64,000 bases of DNA from assembly GCA_965202585.1 (NCBI GenBank), contig OZ241833.1, positions 50,220,001 to 50,284,000 of the forward strand, written 5' to 3'. Below the pieces are notes generated by a model. The model was not told the origin of the DNA. It did not search any database and saw nothing but the letters and a program-made list of their open reading frames with translations. The stretch's first letter is position 1; each line of letters opens with the position of its first letter. Shown piece after piece: positions 1-13,969 of the stretch. The position numbers and the translations under genes were made by a program. The DNA comes from Thalia democratica (Eukaryota).

Positions 1-421
1 ATTTGTTGGTTAAAGTCATTTAAAAGTGATGTTTCAATGTATTTATACAGTTAATCCTCTTTTATTTGGAAAAAATTTGGTCCACAGGCATGTGCATAGA
101 ATCATACAATTTTATGTTGAAAAAATTTGCATAATTTTGTATAGCTTGCGTTGACAACACTAAACATTCGACTTGTGAAAATTCGACGAAGTTGCTGTTA
201 TCAAGTTCTTAAATAATATATTTTAACTAGTATTTAGAAAGTAAAATATATGCACACTTATCTTTATATAATAGATAGCGATAGCTTTTCTCAATAAAAT
301 GTTTCTTTCTGAGTTTAAAATTAATTGTTAATTAAAATTTGATATTCAATTACAGCAATATAATTCACTAAATAATTTTAAGTTTTTTAGTTTTTTAAAG
401 ATAATAATCTATAATAAATCT

Positions 422-1155
422 ATGAAACAAAACGATGAAAAACACTTAGCACCACGAAACTCCGACGATGAAACCAGCAAAACGTCGGAAGAAGATTCAG
501 AAAAAGAATTGGAAAACCAATTTTGTTTGACAGAAAAGATTTAGTAGTGAAAGAGTTGTTACAAGAATGAGGGTGCGGCTGCGTGTGCAACGCCACTTAT
601 AAAAACAAAAATGTCGTTGTCAAGACTTCATCAGCTGAAAGCAAAGACAAATACATTTTGCAGGAGTACGAGTTCCTGAAAATTCTCCAACAGGAAAACG
701 TTCGCGGCATTCCAAAGATCGGTCCGAGATTTGTTCATGAGGAAAGGCAGAGTTTTGTTTTGGAAAAACTCGGAAAGGACCTGTTTGATAAAAGAGAAGA
801 GACGAGAAAGGAAAAGTTTTCGTTGAAGACCACGGTGAAGGTAGCCTTGCAAGTGTTGAAAATACTGAATCACGTCCACAGCTGTGGCATCGTTCACAAC
901 GACATCAAATCCGAGAACCTCATGACAGGATTGTTCGATCAAAACACGATCTACCTGATTGACTTCGGGCATTCAACATTCTACGCGAAAGACGGAGAGC
1001 ACGTTAGAGACGAGCGCAGCGGGAAATTGCGCGGAACCCTGGCTTACAGGTCAGTGAACAGCCTGAAACTGAGAAATCAGAGCCGAAATTTGATGATATG
1101 CGGACAGAAAATGAAAAATCAAGGAAGTTGTAAAAACTGTGAAATTATAAAATGA
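422..1155 (+). pseudogene. CK1-like fragment: 1-nt deletion (ttggaaaacc), TGA at 568-570, C-lobe missing
   Basis: ATG at 422; the ORF track recovers only 583-1155; VVVK, HNDIKSEN and DFG motifs are present. Confidence 0.9.
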
Positions 1156-1927
1156 AAGGTTGACTAAAAAGATGCTTGATGAAAATTTACACAACAACAG
1201 TTTAAAAGAGTTTTATTAAGAATCAGCCTTGTTTGATGGGCCAGTTTAAAAAATGGTCAAATTAGCACGTCAGCGTGATATTTTCAATTTTTCAACCCAA
1301 CCCAAAAACATGCTAGAAAGCAGGCCATGGCCAACATGAGCAATAATTGTGTATTTTTAGTTCATTTAAATGTTCAAAAATTGTTTTATTAAGCATTTTA
1401 TAGTGCATTTTCACTTAAAAGTGCAAAAAAATGAATTTTCACTAATTTTCTTAGGTTTTGCTTGTTTTTCACAATTCTTTCACTTAAACATGGTGAAAAA
1501 CAAGCTATTTGTTGGTTAAAGTCATTTAAAAGTGATGTTTCAATGTATTTATACAGTTAATCCTCTTTTATTTGGAAAAAATTTGGTCCACAGGCATGTG
1601 CATAGAATCATACAATTTCATGTTGAAAAAATTTGCATAATTTTGTATAGCTTGCGTTGACAACACTAAACATTCGACTTGTGAAAATTCGACGAAGTTG
1701 CTGTTATCAAGTTCTTAAATAATATATTTTAACTAGTATTTAGAAAGTAAAATATATGCACACTTATCTTTATATAATAGATATCGATAGCTATTCTCAA
1801 TAAATTGTTTCTTTCTGAGTTTAAGTTTAATTGTTAATTAAAATTTGATATTCAATTACAGCAATATAATTCACTAAATTATTTTAAGTTTTTTAATTTT
1901 TTAAAGATAATAATCTATAATAAAGCT

Positions 1928-2594
1928 ATGAAACGAAACGAAGAAAAACACTTTGTACCGCGAAACTCCGACGAAGAAACCAACAAAACGTCGAAAGAAG
2001 ATTCAGAAAAAGAATTGGAAAAACCAATTTTGTTTGACAGAGAAGATTTAGTAGTGAAAGAGTTGTTACAAGAAGGAGGATGCGGCTGTGTGTACAACGC
2101 CACTTATAAAAACAAACATGTCGTGGTCAAGACTTCATCAGCTGAAAGCAAAGACAAATACATTTTGCAGGAGTACGAGTTCCTAAAAATTCTCCAAAAG
2201 GAAAACGTTCGCGGCATTCCAAAGATCGGTCCTAGATTTGTTCATGAAGAAAGGCAGAGTTTCGTTGTCTAAAAACTCGGAAAGGACCTGTTTGATAAAA
2301 GAGGAGAGACGAGAAAGGACAAGTTTTCGTTGAATACCACGGTGAAGGTAGCCTTGCAAGTGTTGAAAATACTGAATCACGTCCACAGCTGTGGCATCGT
2401 TCACAACGACATCAAATCTGAGAACCTCATGACAGGATTATTCGATCAAAACACGATCCACCTGATTGATTTCGGGCATTCAACATTCTACGTGAAAGAC
2501 GGAGAGCACGTTAGAGACGAGCACAGCGGTAAATCGCGCGGAACCCTGGCTTCAAGTCAGTGAACAGCCTGAAACTGAGAAATCAGAGCCGAAA
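1928..2594 (+). pseudogene. CK1-like fragment, type A (TAA at codon 115, 1-nt deletion near GTLA, C-lobe missing)
   Basis: GAA>TAA at 2270-2272 splits the ORF into 114 aa and 77 aa pieces; kinase homology ends at ccgaaa 2594. Confidence 0.92.
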
Positions 2595-3433
2595 TTTGAT
2601 GATATGCGGACAGAAAATGAAAAATCAAGGAAGTTGTAAAAACTGTGAAATTATAAAATGAAAGGTTGACTAAAAAGATGCTTGATGAAAATTTACACAA
2701 TAACAGTTTAAAAGAGTTTTATTAAGAATCAGCCTTGTTTGATGGGCCAGTTTAAAAAATGGTCAAATTAGCACGTCAGCGTGATATTTTCAATTTTTCA
2801 ACCCAACCCAAAAACATGCTAGAAAGCAGGCCATGGCCAACATGAGCAATAATTGTGTATTTTTAGTTCATTTAAATGTTCAAAAATTGTTTTATTAAGC
2901 ATTTTATAGTTCATTTTCACTTAAAAGTGCAAAAAAATGAATTTTCACTAATTTTCTTAGGTTTTGCTTGTTTTTCACAATTCTTTCACTTAAACATGGT
3001 GAAAAACAAGCTATTTGTTGGTTAAAGTCATTTAAAAGTGATGTTTCAATGTATTTATACAGTTAATCCTCTTTTATTTGGAAAAAATTTGGTCCACAGG
3101 CATGTGCATAGAATCATACAATTTCATGTTGAAAAAATTTGCATAATTTTGTATAGCTTGCGTTGACAACACTAAACATTCGACTTGTGAAAATTCGACG
3201 AAGTTGCTGTTATCAAGTTCTTAAATAATATATTTTAACTAGTATTTAGAAAGTAAAATATATGCACACTTATCTTTATATAATAGATATCGATAGCTAT
3301 TCTCAATAAATTGTTTCTTTCTGAGTTTAAGTTTAATTGTTAATTAAAATTTGATATTCAATTACAGCAATATAATTCACTAAATTATTTTAAGTTTTTT
3401 AATTTTTTAAAGATAATAATCTATAATAAAGCT

Positions 3434-4100
3434 ATGAAACGAAACGAAGAAAAACACTTTGTACCGCGAAACTCCGACGAAGAAACCAACAAAACGTCGA
3501 AAGAAGATTCAGAAAAAGAATTGGAAAAACCAATTTTGTTTGACAGAGAAGATTTAGTAGTGAAAGAGTTGTTACAAGAAGGAGGATGCGGCTGTGTGTA
3601 CAACGCCACTTATAAAAACAAACATGTCGTGGTCAAGACTTCATCAGCTGAAAGCAAAGACAAATACATTTTGCAGGAGTACGAGTTCCTAAAAATTCTC
3701 CAAAAGGAAAACGTTCGCGGCATTCCAAAGATCGGTCCTAGATTTGTTCATGAAGAAAGGCAGAGTTTCGTTGTCTAAAAACTCGGAAAGGACCTGTTTG
3801 ATAAAAGAGGAGAGACGAGAAAGGACAAGTTTTCGTTGAATACCACGGTGAAGGTAGCCTTGCAAGTGTTGAAAATACTGAATCACGTCCACAGCTGTGG
3901 CATCGTTCACAACGACATCAAATCTGAGAACCTCATGACAGGATTATTCGATCAAAACACGATCCACCTGATTGATTTCGGGCATTCAACATTCTACGTG
4001 AAAGACGGAGAGCACGTTAGAGACGAGCACAGCGGTAAATCGCGCGGAACCCTGGCTTCAAGTCAGTGAACAGCCTGAAACTGAGAAATCAGAGCCGAAA
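3434..4100 (+). pseudogene. CK1-like fragment, type A
   Basis: Same translation as the 1928 unit; period 1506. Confidence 0.92.
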
Positions 4101-4939
4101 TTTGATGATATGCGGACAGAAAATGAAAAATCAAGGAAGTTGTAAAAACTGTGAAATTATAAAATGAAAGGTTGACTAAAAAGATGCTTGATGAAAATTT
4201 ACACAATAACAGTTTAAAAGAGTTTTATTAAGAATCAGCCTTGTTTGATGGGCCAGTTTAAAAAATGGTCAAATTAGCACGTCAGCGTGATATTTTCAAT
4301 TTTTCAACCCAACCCAAAAACATGCTAGAAAGCAGGCCATGGCCAACATGAGCAATAATTGTGTATTTTTAGTTCATTTAAATGTTCAAAAATTGTTTTA
4401 TTAAGCATTTTATAGTTCATTTTCACTTAAAAGTGCAAAAAAATGAATTTTCACTAATTTTCTTAGGTTTTGCTTGTTTTTCACAATTCTTTCACTTAAA
4501 CATGGTGAAAAACAAGCTATTTGTTGGTTAAAGTCATTTAAAAGTGATGTTTCAATGTATTTATACAGTTAATCCTCTTTTATTTGGAAAAAATTTGGTC
4601 CACAGGCATGTGCATAGAATCATACAATTTCATGTTGAAAAAATTTGCATAATTTTGTATAGCTTGCGTTGACAACACTAAACATTCGACTTGTGAAAAT
4701 TCGACGAAGTTGCTGTTATCAAGTTCTTAAATAATATATTTTAACTAGTATTTAGAAAGTAAAATATATGCACACTTATCTTTATATAATAGATATCGAT
4801 AGCTATTCTCAATAAATTGTTTCTTTCTGAGTTTAAGTTTAATTGTTAATTAAAATTTGATATTCAATTACAGCAATATAATTCACTAAATTATTTTAAG
4901 TTTTTTAATTTTTTAAAGATAATAATCTATAATAAAGCT

Positions 4940-5606
4940 ATGAAACGAAACGAAGAAAAACACTTTGTACCGCGAAACTCCGACGAAGAAACCAACAAAA
5001 CGTCGAAAGAAGATTCAGAAAAAGAATTGGAAAAACCAATTTTGTTTGACAGAGAAGATTTAGTAGTGAAAGAGTTGTTACAAGAAGGAGGATGCGGCTG
5101 TGTGTACAACGCCACTTATAAAAACAAACATGTCGTGGTCAAGACTTCATCAGCTGAAAGCAAAGACAAATACATTTTGCAGGAGTACGAGTTCCTAAAA
5201 ATTCTCCAAAAGGAAAACGTTCGCGGCATTCCAAAGATCGGTCCTAGATTTGTTCATGAAGAAAGGCAGAGTTTCGTTGTCTAAAAACTCGGAAAGGACC
5301 TGTTTGATAAAAGAGGAGAGACGAGAAAGGACAAGTTTTCGTTGAATACCACGGTGAAGGTAGCCTTGCAAGTGTTGAAAATACTGAATCACGTCCACAG
5401 CTGTGGCATCGTTCACAACGACATCAAATCTGAGAACCTCATGACAGGATTATTCGATCAAAACACGATCCACCTGATTGATTTCGGGCATTCAACATTC
5501 TACGTGAAAGACGGAGAGCACGTTAGAGACGAGCACAGCGGTAAATCGCGCGGAACCCTGGCTTCAAGTCAGTGAACAGCCTGAAACTGAGAAATCAGAG
5601 CCGAAA
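4940..5606 (+). pseudogene. CK1-like fragment, type A
   Basis: Same translation as the 1928 unit; period 1506. Confidence 0.92.
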
Positions 5607-6445
5607 TTTGATGATATGCGGACAGAAAATGAAAAATCAAGGAAGTTGTAAAAACTGTGAAATTATAAAATGAAAGGTTGACTAAAAAGATGCTTGATGA
5701 AAATTTACACAATAACAGTTTAAAAGAGTTTTATTAAGAATCAGCCTTGTTTGATGGGCCAGTTTAAAAAATGGTCAAATTAGCACGTCAGCGTGATATT
5801 TTCAATTTTTCAACCCAACCCAAAAACATGCTAGAAAGCAGGCCATGGCCAACATGAGCAATAATTGTGTATTTTTAGTTCATTTAAATGTTCAAAAATT
5901 GTTTTATTAAGCATTTTATAGTTCATTTTCACTTAAAAGTGCAAAAAAATGAATTTTCACTAATTTTCTTAGGTTTTGCTTGTTTTTCACAATTCTTTCA
6001 CTTAAACATGGTGAAAAACAAGCTATTTGTTGGTTAAAGTCATTTAAAAGTGATGTTTCAATGTATTTATACAGTTAATCCTCTTTTATTTGGAAAAAAT
6101 TTGGTCCACAGGCATGTGCATAGAATCATACAATTTCATGTTGAAAAAATTTGCATAATTTTGTATAGCTTGCGTTGACAACACTAAACATTCGACTTGT
6201 GAAAATTCGACGAAGTTGCTGTTATCAAGTTCTTAAATAATATATTTTAACTAGTATTTAGAAAGTAAAATATATGCACACTTATCTTTATATAATAGAT
6301 ATCGATAGCTATTCTCAATAAATTGTTTCTTTCTGAGTTTAAGTTTAATTGTTAATTAAAATTTGATATTCAATTACAGCAATATAATTCACTAAATTAT
6401 TTTAAGTTTTTTAATTTTTTAAAGATAATAATCTATAATAAAGCT

Positions 6446-7112
6446 ATGAAACGAAACGAAGAAAAACACTTTGTACCGCGAAACTCCGACGAAGAAACCA
6501 ACAAAACGTCGAAAGAAGATTCAGAAAAAGAATTGGAAAAACCAATTTTGTTTGACAGAGAAGATTTAGTAGTGAAAGAGTTGTTACAAGAAGGAGGATG
6601 CGGCTGTGTGTACAACGCCACTTATAAAAACAAACATGTCGTGGTCAAGACTTCATCAGCTGAAAGCAAAGACAAATACATTTTGCAGGAGTACGAGTTC
6701 CTAAAAATTCTCCAAAAGGAAAACGTTCGCGGCATTCCAAAGATCGGTCCTAGATTTGTTCATGAAGAAAGGCAGAGTTTCGTTGTCTAAAAACTCGGAA
6801 AGGACCTGTTTGATAAAAGAGGAGAGACGAGAAAGGACAAGTTTTCGTTGAATACCACGGTGAAGGTAGCCTTGCAAGTGTTGAAAATACTGAATCACGT
6901 CCACAGCTGTGGCATCGTTCACAACGACATCAAATCTGAGAACCTCATGACAGGATTATTCGATCAAAACACGATCCACCTGATTGATTTCGGGCATTCA
7001 ACATTCTACGTGAAAGACGGAGAGCACGTTAGAGACGAGCACAGCGGTAAATCGCGCGGAACCCTGGCTTCAAGTCAGTGAACAGCCTGAAACTGAGAAA
7101 TCAGAGCCGAAA
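6446..7112 (+). pseudogene. CK1-like fragment, type A
   Basis: Same translation as the 1928 unit; period 1506. Confidence 0.92.
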
Positions 7113-7951
7113 TTTGATGATATGCGGACAGAAAATGAAAAATCAAGGAAGTTGTAAAAACTGTGAAATTATAAAATGAAAGGTTGACTAAAAAGATGCT
7201 TGATGAAAATTTACACAATAACAGTTTAAAAGAGTTTTATTAAGAATCAGCCTTGTTTGATGGGCCAGTTTAAAAAATGGTCAAATTAGCACGTCAGCGT
7301 GATATTTTCAATTTTTCAACCCAACCCAAAAACATGCTAGAAAGCAGGCCATGGCCAACATGAGCAATAATTGTGTATTTTTAGTTCATTTAAATGTTCA
7401 AAAATTGTTTTATTAAGCATTTTATAGTTCATTTTCACTTAAAAGTGCAAAAAAATGAATTTTCACTAATTTTCTTAGGTTTTGCTTGTTTTTCACAATT
7501 CTTTCACTTAAACATGGTGAAAAACAAGCTATTTGTTGGTTAAAGTCATTTAAAAGTGATGTTTCAATGTATTTATACAGTTAATCCTCTTTTATTTGGA
7601 AAAAATTTGGTCCACAGGCATGTGCATAGAATCATACAATTTCATGTTGAAAAAATTTGCATAATTTTGTATAGCTTGCGTTGACAACACTAAACATTCG
7701 ACTTGTGAAAATTCGACGAAGTTGCTGTTATCAAGTTCTTAAATAATATATTTTAACTAGTATTTAGAAAGTAAAATATATGCACACTTATCTTTATATA
7801 ATAGATATCGATAGCTATTCTCAATAAATTGTTTCTTTCTGAGTTTAAGTTTAATTGTTAATTAAAATTTGATATTCAATTACAGCAATATAATTCACTA
7901 AATTATTTTAAGTTTTTTAATTTTTTAAAGATAATAATCTATAATAAAGCT

Positions 7952-8618
7952 ATGAAACGAAACGAAGAAAAACACTTTGTACCGCGAAACTCCGACGAAG
8001 AAACCAACAAAACGTCGAAAGAAGATTCAGAAAAAGAATTGGAAAAACCAATTTTGTTTGACAGAGAAGATTTAGTAGTGAAAGAGTTGTTACAAGAAGG
8101 AGGATGCGGCTGTGTGTACAACGCCACTTATAAAAACAAACATGTCGTGGTCAAGACTTCATCAGCTGAAAGCAAAGACAAATACATTTTGCAGGAGTAC
8201 GAGTTCCTAAAAATTCTCCAAAAGGAAAACGTTCGCGGCATTCCAAAGATCGGTCCTAGATTTGTTCATGAAGAAAGGCAGAGTTTCGTTGTCTAAAAAC
8301 TCGGAAAGGACCTGTTTGATAAAAGAGGAGAGACGAGAAAGGACAAGTTTTCGTTGAATACCACGGTGAAGGTAGCCTTGCAAGTGTTGAAAATACTGAA
8401 TCACGTCCACAGCTGTGGCATCGTTCACAACGACATCAAATCTGAGAACCTCATGACAGGATTATTCGATCAAAACACGATCCACCTGATTGATTTCGGG
8501 CATTCAACATTCTACGTGAAAGACGGAGAGCACGTTAGAGACGAGCACAGCGGTAAATCGCGCGGAACCCTGGCTTCAAGTCAGTGAACAGCCTGAAACT
8601 GAGAAATCAGAGCCGAAA
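7952..8618 (+). pseudogene. CK1-like fragment, type A
   Basis: Same translation as the 1928 unit; period 1506. Confidence 0.92.
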
Positions 8619-9458
8619 TTTGATGATATGCGGACAGAAAATGAAAAATCAAAGAAGTTGTAAAAACTGTGAAATTATAAAATGAAAGGTTGACTAAAAA
8701 GACGCTTGATGAAAATTTACACAATAACAGTTTAAAAGAGTTTTATTAAGAATCAGCCTGGTTTGATGGGCCAGTTTAAAAAATGGTCAAATTAGCACGT
8801 CAGCGTGATATTTTCAATTTTTCAACCAAACCCAAAAACATGCTAGAAAGCAGGCCATGGCCAACATGAGCAGTAATTGTGTATTTTTAGTTCATTTAAA
8901 TGTTCAAAAATTGTTTTATTAAGCATTTTATAGTTCATTTTCCACTTAAAAGTGCAAAAAAATGAATTTTCACTAATTTTCTTAGTTTTTGCTTGTTTTT
9001 CACAATTCTTTCACTTAAACATGTTGAAAAACAAGCTATTTGTTGATTAAAGTCATTTAAAAGTGATGTTTCAATGCATTCATACAGTTAATCCTCTTTT
9101 ATTTGGAAAAAATTTGGTCCACAGGCATGTGCATAGAATCATACAATTTTATGTTGAAAAAATTTGCATAATTTTGTATAGCTTGCGTTGACAACACTAA
9201 ACATTCGACTTGTGAAAATTCGACGAAGTTGCTGTTATCAAGTTCTTAAATAATATATTTTAACTAGTATTTAGAAAGTAAAATATATGCACACTTATCT
9301 TTATATAATAGATAGCGATAGCTTTTCTCAATAAAATGTTTCTTTCTGAGTTTAAAATTAATTGTTAATTAAAATTTGATATTCAATTACAGCAATATAA
9401 TTCACTAAATAATTTTAAGTTTTTTAATTTTTTAAAGATAATAATCTATAATAAATCT

Positions 9459-10166
9459 ATGAAACAAAACGATGAAAAACACTTAGTACCACGAAACTCC
9501 GACGAAGAAACCAGCAAAACGTTGAAAGAAGATTCAGAAAAAGAATTGGAAAAACCAATTTTGTTTGACAAAGAAGATTTAGTAGTGAAAGAGTTGTTAC
9601 AAGAAGGAGGATGCGGCTGTGTGTACAATGCCACTTATAAAAACAAACTTGTCGTTGTCAAGACTTCATCAGCTGAAAGCAAAGACAAATACATTTTGCA
9701 GGAGTACGAGTTCTTGAAAATTCTCCAAAAGGGAAACGTTCGCGGCATTCCAAAGATCGGTCCTAGATTCGTTCATGAAGAAAGACAGAGTTTTGTTGTC
9801 GAAAAACTCGGAAAGGACCTGTTTGATAAAAGAAAAGAGACGAGAAAGGACAAGTTTTCGTTGAAGACCACGGTGAAGGTAGCCTTGCAAGTGTTGAAAA
9901 TACTGAATCACGTCCACAGCTGTGGCATCGTTCACAACGACATCAAATCTGAGAACCTCATGACTGGATTATTCGATCAAAACACGATCTATCTGATTGA
10001 TTTCGGGTATTCAACATTCTACGTGAAGGACGGAGAGCACGTTAGAGACGAGCACAGCGGCAAATCGCGCGGAACCCTGGCTTACAGTGAACAGCCTGAA
10101 ACTGAGAAACCAAAGCCGAAATTTGATGATATGCGGACAGAAAATGAAAAATCAAAGAAGTTGTAA
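9459..10166 (+). CDS. C-terminally truncated CK1-like kinase ORF, type B (235 aa, open from ATG)
   Basis: Open frame with Gly loop, Lys, HND and DFG. A 5-nt deletion (ggcttac/agtgaac) frameshifts into a spacer-derived tail. Expression unknown. Confidence 0.65.
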   Translation: MKQNDEKHLVPRNSDEETSKTLKEDSEKELEKPILFDKEDLVVKELLQEGGCGCVYNATYKNKLVVVKTSSAESKDKYILQEYEFLKILQKGNVRGIPKIGPRFVHEERQSFVVEKLGKDLFDKRKETRKDKFSLKTTVKVALQVLKILNHVHSCGIVHNDIKSENLMTGLFDQNTIYLIDFGYSTFYVKDGEHVRDEHSGKSRGTLAYSEQPETEKPKPKFDDMRTENEKSKKL

Positions 10167-10961
10167 AAACTGTGAAATTATAAAATGAAAGGTTGACTAA
10201 AAAGACGCTTGATGAAAATTTACACAATAACAGTTTAAAAGAGTTTTATTAAGAATCAGCCTGGTTTGATGGGCCAGTTTAAAAAATGGTCAAATTAGCA
10301 CGTCAGCATGATATTTTCAATTTTTCAACCCAACCCAAAAACATGCTAGAAAGCAGGCCATGGCCAACATGAGCAGTAATTGTGTATTTTTAGTTCATTT
10401 AAATGTTCAAAAATTGTTTTATTAAGCATTTTATAGTTCATTTTCCACTTAAAAGTGCAAAAAAATGAATTTTCACTAATTTTCTTAGTTTTTGCTTGTT
10501 TTTCACAATTCTTTCACTTAAACATGTTGAAAAACAAGCTATTTGTTGATTAAAGTCATTTAAAAGTGATGTTTCAATGCATTCATACAGTTAATCCTCT
10601 TTTATTTGGAAAAAATTTGGTCCACAGGCATGTGCATAGAATCATACAATTTTATGTTGAAAAAATTTGCATAATTTTGTATAGCTTGCGTTGACAACAC
10701 TAAACATTCGACTTGTGAAAATTCGACGAAGTTGCTGTTATCAAGTTCTTAAATAATATATTTTAACTAGTATTTAGAAAGTAAAATATATGCACACTTA
10801 TCTTTATATAATAGATAGCGATAGCTTTTCTCAATAAAATGTTTCTTTCTGAGTTTAAAATTAATTGTTAATTAAAATTTGATATTCAATTACAGCAATA
10901 TAATTCACTAAATAATTTTAAGTTTTTTAATTTTTTAAAGATAATAATCTATAATAAATCT

Positions 10962-11669
10962 ATGAAACAAAACGATGAAAAACACTTAGTACCACGAAAC
11001 TCCGACGAAGAAACCAGCAAAACGTTGAAAGAAGATTCAGAAAAAGAATTGGAAAAACCAATTTTGTTTGACAAAGAAGATTTAGTAGTGAAAGAGTTGT
11101 TACAAGAAGGAGGATGCGGCTGTGTGTACAATGCCACTTATAAAAACAAACTTGTCGTTGTCAAGACTTCATCAGCTGAAAGCAAAGACAAATACATTTT
11201 GCAGGAGTACGAGTTCTTGAAAATTCTCCAAAAGGGAAACGTTCGCGGCATTCCAAAGATCGGTCCTAGATTCGTTCATGAAGAAAGACAGAGTTTTGTT
11301 GTCGAAAAACTCGGAAAGGACCTGTTTGATAAAAGAAAAGAGACGAGAAAGGACAAGTTTTCGTTGAAGACCACGGTGAAGGTAGCCTTGCAAGTGTTGA
11401 AAATACTGAATCACGTCCACAGCTGTGGCATCGTTCACAACGACATCAAATCTGAGAACCTCATGACTGGATTATTCGATCAAAACACGATCTATCTGAT
11501 TGATTTCGGGTATTCAACATTCTACGTGAAGGACGGAGAGCACGTTAGAGACGAGCACAGCGGCAAATCGCGCGGAACCCTGGCTTACAGTGAACAGCCT
11601 GAAACTGAGAAACCAAAGCCGAAATTTGATGATATGCGGACAGAAAATGAAAAATCAAAGAAGTTGTAA
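10962..11669 (+). CDS. Truncated CK1-like ORF, type B (235 aa)
   Basis: Same translation as 9459. Confidence 0.65.
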   Translation: MKQNDEKHLVPRNSDEETSKTLKEDSEKELEKPILFDKEDLVVKELLQEGGCGCVYNATYKNKLVVVKTSSAESKDKYILQEYEFLKILQKGNVRGIPKIGPRFVHEERQSFVVEKLGKDLFDKRKETRKDKFSLKTTVKVALQVLKILNHVHSCGIVHNDIKSENLMTGLFDQNTIYLIDFGYSTFYVKDGEHVRDEHSGKSRGTLAYSEQPETEKPKPKFDDMRTENEKSKKL

Positions 11670-12463
11670 AAACTGTGAAATTATAAAATGAAAGGTTGAC
11701 TAAAAAGACGCTTGATGAAAATTTACACAATAACAGTTTAAAAGAGTTTTATTAAGAATCAGCCTGGTTTGATGGGCCAGTTTAAAAAATGGTCAAATTA
11801 GCACGTCAGCGTGATATTTTCAATTTTTCAACCCAACCCAAAAACATGCTAGAAAGCAGGCCATGGCCAACATGAGCAATAATTGTGTATTTTTAGTTCA
11901 TTTAAATGTTCAAAAATTGTTTTATTAAGCATTTTATAGTTCATTTTCACTTAAAAGTGCAAAAAAATGAATTTTCACTAATTTTCTTAGGTTTTGCTTG
12001 TTTTTCACAATTCTTTCACTTAAACATGGTGAAAAACAAGCTATTTGTTGGTTAAAGTCATTTAAAAGTGATGTTTCAATGTATTTATACAGTTAATCCT
12101 CTTTTATTTGGAAAAAATTTGGTCCACAGGCATGTGCATAGAATCATACAATTTCATGTTGAAAAAATTTGCATAATTTTGTATAGCTTGCGTTGACAAC
12201 ACTAAACATTCGACTTGTGAAAATTCGACGAAGTTGCTGTTATCAAGTTCTTAAATAATATATTTTAACTAGTATTTAGAAAGTAAAATATATGCACACT
12301 TATCTTTATATAATAGATATCGATAGCTATTCTCAATAAATTGTTTCTTTCTGAGTTTAAGTTTAATTGTTAATTAAAATTTGATATTCAATTACAGCAA
12401 TATAATTCACTAAATTATTTTAAGTTTTTTAATTTTTTAAAGATAATAATCTATAATAAAGCT

Positions 12464-13130
12464 ATGAAACGAAACGAAGAAAAACACTTTGTACCGCGAA
12501 ACTCCGACGAAGAAACCAACAAAACGTCGAAAGAAGATTCAGAAAAAGAATTGGAAAAACCAATTTTGTTTGACAGAGAAGATTTAGTAGTGAAAGAGTT
12601 GTTACAAGAAGGAGGATGCGGCTGTGTGTACAACGCCACTTATAAAAACAAACATGTCGTGGTCAAGACTTCATCAGCTGAAAGCAAAGACAAATACATT
12701 TTGCAGGAGTACGAGTTCCTAAAAATTCTCCAAAAGGAAAACGTTCGCGGCATTCCAAAGATCGGTCCTAGATTTGTTCATGAAGAAAGGCAGAGTTTCG
12801 TTGTCTAAAAACTCGGAAAGGACCTGTTTGATAAAAGAGGAGAGACGAGAAAGGACAAGTTTTCGTTGAATACCACGGTGAAGGTAGCCTTGCAAGTGTT
12901 GAAAATACTGAATCACGTCCACAGCTGTGGCATCGTTCACAACGACATCAAATCTGAGAACCTCATGACAGGATTATTCGATCAAAACACGATCCACCTG
13001 ATTGATTTCGGGCATTCAACATTCTACGTGAAAGACGGAGAGCACGTTAGAGACGAGCACAGCGGTAAATCGCGCGGAACCCTGGCTTCAAGTCAGTGAA
13101 CAGCCTGAAACTGAGAAATCAGAGCCGAAA
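12464..13130 (+). pseudogene. CK1-like fragment, type A, embedded among type B units
   Basis: Same TAA and 114 + 77 aa split as the 1928 unit. Confidence 0.92.
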
Positions 13131-13969
13131 TTTGATGATATGCGGACAGAAAATGAAAAATCAAGGAAGTTGTAAAAACTGTGAAATTATAAAATGAAAG
13201 GTTGACTAAAAAGATGCTTGATGAAAATTTACACAATAACAGTTTAAAAGAGTTTTATTAAGAATCAGCCTTGTTTGATGGGCCAGTTTAAAAAATGGTC
13301 AAATTAGCACGTCAGCGTGATATTTTCAATTTTTCAACCCAACCCAAAAACATGCTAGAAAGCAGGCCATGGCCAACATGAGCAATAATTGTGTATTTTT
13401 AGTTCATTTAAATGTTCAAAAATTGTTTTATTAAGCATTTTATAGTTCATTTTCACTTAAAAGTGCAAAAAAATGAATTTTCACTAATTTTCTTAGGTTT
13501 TGCTTGTTTTTCACAATTCTTTCACTTAAACATGGTGAAAAACAAGCTATTTGTTGGTTAAAGTCATTTAAAAGTGATGTTTCAATGTATTTATACAGTT
13601 AATCCTCTTTTATTTGGAAAAAATTTGGTCCACAGGCATGTGCATAGAATCATACAATTTCATGTTGAAAAAATTTGCATAATTTTGTATAGCTTGCGTT
13701 GACAACACTAAACATTCGACTTGTGAAAATTCGACGAAGTTGCTGTTATCAAGTTCTTAAATAATATATTTTAACTAGTATTTAGAAAGTAAAATATATG
13801 CACACTTATCTTTATATAATAGATATCGATAGCTATTCTCAATAAATTGTTTCTTTCTGAGTTTAAGTTTAATTGTTAATTAAAATTTGATATTCAATTA
13901 CAGCAATATAATTCACTAAATTATTTTAAGTTTTTTAATTTTTTAAAGATAATAATCTATAATAAAGCT

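Noticed and set aside
1156-1927. 5S rRNA, snRNA, spliced-leader or tRNA gene inside the spacer
   Set aside because: No recognisable Pol III boxes, cloverleaf or conserved RNA sequence; a covariance-model scan would be needed to exclude it fully.
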